64,000 bases of DNA from a virus. The DNA lies in IMG/VR virus record IMGVR_UViG_3300042373_001362, positions 1 to 64,000 of that record; one strand, 5' to 3'. Each line of letters opens with the position of its first letter. The first letter of the stretch is position 1. A model generated the notes under the pieces. The model made no database searches. It was not told the DNA's origin and saw nothing but the letters and a program-made list of their open reading frames with translations. Of this stretch, positions 62,001-64,000 are shown one piece after another. The position numbers and the translations under genes were made by a program.

Positions 62001-64000
62001 CCTCGAATCACCACGAGTGAAGATTTGGTCAGACTTTAGAAAGCCAAAGAAACTTCCAAACGGTGAATGGGAATACCCGAACGAGCAGGAGATGAGGCTT
62101 TCCTATGTTGCTGTAACAAGAGCAGAGGAAGAACTTGACCTAGGTTCACTTAGTTGGATTCTTGACCACACAACAGAAGAGGACGGTATGCCGAATACTT
62201 TCTCTTCTGGAAGAAGCAAGGCAAGAGGCAACAGAGGTGATGGCAAGGGAAGACAAAAACCATGGTCGGCAGAAGATAGGCAAAGATTTGCGGACAGGGA
62301 CATTCTTCGTTCACAAACACGCCCAGGAAAGCGTCGTCCAGGTCCTTCAGCAAACGAATTCTCGTCTGGTGCTGAATTTGATTTCACTCCAGAAGAGCTC
62401 AATAGGTGGCAAAAAGCTAGCGAACATGCCAGCGCGTATGGCGATTGGGAAAATCTTCCAGAAAACAGAAAAAACGGATATCTTCGTAAATTCAACGGAG
62501 ATGAAAATCTTGCTCGCGAGCAATTTAACGTGGAAAGAGATTTGGCAGACTTTGCTGCAGATGCACAATTTGACAAAACAGATTCACGATTCTCTTCTGG
62601 AGGCCGCTTCGCAACACCACTGGATGCACCAGAGGGCTGGGAAATGCCAGAAATTGGTGATGACGGCGAAATAAAGAATGGACCGCTTAAGGGTTACTAT
62701 GTTCGTGGCTTCGGGGACGATTACGTACGAGGAAGAAAATACGTAAGCTATCGTGGTGCAGACTACAGTAGTACTGATGAGCACAAAAATAACTTAGTTG
62801 ATTGGGGTGATTACGAAGCGGGATACACCCTCGACAGAAACATAGGCTCTGACGAGGACATTAGGAGCATTTCTGACTCTTCCGAGCAAGAAGAAATGGC
62901 GCAGTATGGCGACGAAGGTTTGTACTATGGCAATAGTTCACGCGGGCGATACGACCCTCAAAATGATTATGAAACTCCAGTAACCGACGACTCCCATTCA
63001 CCAGAAAACGGTGCAGACCACATCGGTAAAGCCGTATCCGTAACGGATGAAAATGGAAACAAATTCTACGGTGTAGTTGTTAGAGGTTGGGAACCGGAAT
63101 ACGAAGAAGACTTAGATGTTGATGAGGATGGGTGGGCAACCCCGAGCATGAACATACAAGACGGTGGCATGGTAGTTCTCGCTACTCATGATGCTGACGG
63201 CAAAAAACTTGATAAACCAGTAGTTGTTGAGGCAAGTTTTGGTCTTGAAAATGAATACGCCCTCGTATCAAATGTTGAGAGAGGTGGAGACGACTACGAA
63301 GGGCCAAAGGTCAATGTATCAAAAGGCCGTGTAAGTGAAGAAACCCTTGACGAAGCCAAAAAGCTTTATGAAGAACTGGACCCATATAGAAATGGTAAAG
63401 CCGAGGAGTTCAGGCGTCAAGGAGCCTTGATAGATAGAGCATGGAGAATGCCGGGAGGCGAAAAAGAGCGCAGGGAAAAAGCTGCCGAAGAAGCTTACAG
63501 AAGAAGCCCTGAAGGAATACAAGAGCAAAGAGAAAAGCTAGAAGCATCCATATCGGCTATAGAAGACAAGATAAGAAGCGCGGAGTCTTCTCGTGAATCT
63601 CTCATGGAGAGGCTGAACGATGTTTCTGAAAGTGGAGACAATGTCCTTGCTTCAAAAATGGAAGAAATATTAAGAGACAGAGAGGGAGCGGTACGACTCC
63701 TCCAAGAAAGACTTGAAGAAGCAAAAGCTGAACTAGATGCTTTTAATGGCGAAGGAAACAGGCTTTCTTCTGGAAGATTTGCGCCTGATGGACAATCGGG
63801 TTCAAGGCTTCAAAGAAGACTTTCTTCTGGCGATGTTTTTGGCCCACCACCAGGACAGTCGGCAAGGTATGACCGCAAGAAGCAAGTCGAGGCAACGATG
63901 GGTGCATTCCATTCTGACCCAGGCAAGGCTGTTGTGTCGAGCGACACCGAAGGCTTATTGGGTAAAATCCCTTCCGGTAAGAACTCCCATATCCTTAACG
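55537..64000 (+). CDS. giant (>2,820 aa, 3'-truncated) prohead-protease-headed multidomain polyprotein
   Basis: AAGGAG RBS, ATG 55537, no in-frame stop to 64000 by manual translation; protease 55537-56058, WYL-like ~59701-59865, UvrD-like helicase ~60577-62140. Confidence 0.92.
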   Translation, partial: MSSSNKKSDIQYKAAPQGMVNLDEAQGIVECFVAGIGNKDSVGDVCAPGAFGKSLTRRKPRVVWGHNWNDPIGKVIDMYEVPPNDPRLPAKMKAAGIGGLYARVQFNLMSEKGREAFANVAFFGEEQEWSIGYKTINAKFDPQMQANILYEVELYEVSPVLHGANQLTGTISVKSEEQPSGVSVINAPSIDGLNVNELSSILDALKAISSSVSEDEKCGPGMMPQGMPGMPSGGPGMPSGPKPMHTHTPGAAPREVVKPQIPSMPENPMTVALRRELATRTGSNVIVRSASDSVVVFDRVLADGTSSTYRLPFHYAGGEFMFGKPEKVQSQANYVQDSPLSEIMVEALLSGPTAGAEKSLISFDDQEWGEGFGQSIPSQQVDASTLNSVIANLQKIIEQKSEYVVQVAPEHAFEVKQAIDPILDFYKVDATINEDGIVVKSLNEDFLNALDIATKGVLRSLGNLAGRAIDRPNIGRNRRDRTPNLASRGPGIGSRGAVVRLRDGSMWDPKNAPDRNRNGIVGEGLFDSSGRSLAQPDPTPEGPDSIRGAKTPKSPQTPKRQAAAAAKRNATVKRTSGQPQKARQRLSSGGIDQEVDDTPMLEEKFKKEVSGFLSEIGTNRNEIENILDLWENNDADHDKYMEEHGAGSKNFAENVAYAASAMYEDYISDAGDRQADRRAEGGRFSSGEWTKIPGVGYEMDAPDIEGAYEIQEGLDGKFYVVRFSDGNRNGGQDMTEYEHDKPFSTLAAAKKWAEKDYAQAADEYMPDEEMPDGDASERLNSLVAPELPSLDGMDESEADEALQNFSDEMFSFVNETENIAREVLGDDEYNKRFGGAVPLIEEISKRHDGSIEQRDIALENAFDQAERFNNSVNGSLGGGRFSSGQIDFDKIGESGLREMRHVERNPLRFDTQADKDARAAYERVVANFRANNGFFREVPMYAGDKKWHSEDWFRGREMAENVATLRFGDPIDQMPFFDKPGKPSKREFFERTTAVDYKSWYMTKIPAMTQELDRVLASDAYSDEYKEAFLEGMRTFFYVNRPNLQYAPKDTQAQYEEWLQRSGLGWKGRYSTSGPKFEDLDDTGRFSSGAKDKKTINSYDNSEDLKSAMFSALWTNGSRDEINNMTAEELAEILSVNPEWVEPLLEDTKKYTIEAMDDYDKYLSSLPEPTDEEINQEYQEWLSRQAGADYAQGMTVRDKFQDMTDEEAADYAAWLDEETWRDRDDRFSSGGGKTPEERLEEYNRRSAEKNAVLEKMTPEELEEYAREWNESHVEDVRLSSGSTNRPKSTKTGEEFIGRSYGLHDFFVYDEEDDFENIDKAIVDSLLKNERITLDDLLLEVRGIKDPDLSGEALVRRPDYMGANARRVAEAVANNTSVNPSLANQKAGREDILHFRYNGKQRSIYPETFSTSKKGVGYFVGWDETADNGNGAYRSFNVDKIEGLISSAIPPHVDRAARYTDYSWNITDFSDEDNQKILEQMRRTKEFRVLDDAQDLIDDEVSAGGTRVAGSTLDIAEKEAQAAFQDARNRQIDKMVADGKIKPLSRDSRFSSGMVNDGLPDGYWDTADDMADSYGDREDYTDARFSSGGMPSTKEQADLIAFARSKPGTFTDSVVSQFDRNRRLSEKQWDAIRRMMRGASGGKAAPKADKPTARFSGKRRQIVDIADIEKYDYPELPAKIKPTPEQDRAIDAMMTGADVKIGALAATGKTTTVINFANRLKAKEPDARVVYLVFNRNAKDDVEKRGMPGNVSVSTMDGIAYRAMDAINPEMTKKSFDKKEGHIKPINSFKDRAKYLGTKGMVSQGEELTDVDVYRIVAKAIDAYSISDDKEIGPQHFTGPYNGSYRVTDTSLLPELLKYANKMWEDMNLPRVNGATRKDQKGMLPVNNTHLTKMWALTNPDISEIAEVNVAMVDEAQDMNPVFAGILRNSNLQKIYIGDTNQAINAWRGADGTTLANVEATYDMPITDSFRFGKNVANMGNRFLSLLNTKERMTGRKTDKSGNPVDGRIGQVDNPTMILTRSNGGAIAATMEVFADGGIVYGSQNFKRDLENFLNNIEWMQNAQKGKPFYTDVYGKKVFSAPEFSQDLDGITNIADFNKAIEKGDDNRLNMLSKLMNEYSLEDLRESLNNIITDKNKLPKNRDEYVHIQTAHTSKGLESPRVKIWSDFRKPKKLPNGEWEYPNEQEMRLSYVAVTRAEEELDLGSLSWILDHTTEEDGMPNTFSSGRSKARGNRGDGKGRQKPWSAEDRQRFADRDILRSQTRPGKRRPGPSANEFSSGAEFDFTPEELNRWQKASEHASAYGDWENLPENRKNGYLRKFNGDENLAREQFNVERDLADFAADAQFDKTDSRFSSGGRFATPLDAPEGWEMPEIGDDGEIKNGPLKGYYVRGFGDDYVRGRKYVSYRGADYSSTDEHKNNLVDWGDYEAGYTLDRNIGSDEDIRSISDSSEQEEMAQYGDEGLYYGNSSRGRYDPQNDYETPVTDDSHSPENGADHIGKAVSVTDENGNKFYGVVVRGWEPEYEEDLDVDEDGWATPSMNIQDGGMVVLATHDADGKKLDKPVVVEASFGLENEYALVSNVERGGDDYEGPKVNVSKGRVSEETLDEAKKLYEELDPYRNGKAEEFRRQGALIDRAWRMPGGEKERREKAAEEAYRRSPEGIQEQREKLEASISAIEDKIRSAESSRESLMERLNDVSESGDNVLASKMEEILRDREGAVRLLQERLEEAKAELDAFNGEGNRLSSGRFAPDGQSGSRLQRRLSSGDVFGPPPGQSARYDRKKQVEATMGAFHSDPGKAVVSSDTEGLLGKIPSGKNSHILN
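57289..63831 (+). repeat. 13 dispersed [R/x][F/L]SSG peptide motifs
   Basis: Starts at 57289, 57583, 58174, 58789, 59212, 59365, 60178, 60283, 62197 (TFSSG), 62356 (EFSSG), 62587, 63760, 63817. Confidence 0.92.
60577..62140 (+). other. UvrD/Rep-like SF1 helicase domain inside the polyprotein
   Basis: PTPEQ, ALAATGKTTT, YLVFN, VDEAQD, GDTNQAINAWRGA, SFRFG, TAHTSKGLE, RLSYVAVTRA. Confidence 0.9.

Noticed and set aside
55566-63528. Many short ORFs listed by the track on both strands after the portal
   Set aside because: They are shadows of the single long + frame starting at 55537, which carries all the recognisable motifs
57289-63831. Motif repeats read as a CRISPR-like or integron-like DNA array
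   Set aside because: Spacing is irregular (57-1914 nt) but always in frame, and variation is synonymous, so this is a protein-level repeat

Overview
A 64 kb piece of a large tailed phage (myovirus-type contractile tail), most likely infecting Actinobacteria. The host call rests on WhiB, leaderless TANNNT promoters and an LPXTG-type surface protein. From left to right the window holds: WhiB, an Ntn (proteasome-beta/HslV-like) protease, a metallophosphoesterase and small regulators; a lysis cassette; two predicted exported cell-surface proteins; a + strand fibre island (collagen-like, FN3 and Gly-rich proteins plus a glycosyltransferase); a - strand baseplate, tape-measure, tube, sheath and neck operon; a ParB / PAPS-reductase-like (YbdN/YbdM) cluster; RuvC, HNH, Cas4/RecB-like and Rad52-like genes; terminase and portal. 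The main discovery is missing from the supplied ORF track. A single reading frame starts at 55537 and stays open to the window end (>2,800 codons, translated by hand). It begins with an HK97-type prohead protease and continues as a string of unrelated modules, including a WYL-like domain and a complete UvrD-like SF1 helicase. The modules are separated by 13 copies of a peptide motif [R/x][F/L]SSG, which also occurs in the tape measure protein. This looks like a protease-headed polyprotein that packages cargo into the head and releases it, but the processing is inferred, not shown. All family calls come from motif recognition by eye; no searches were run.
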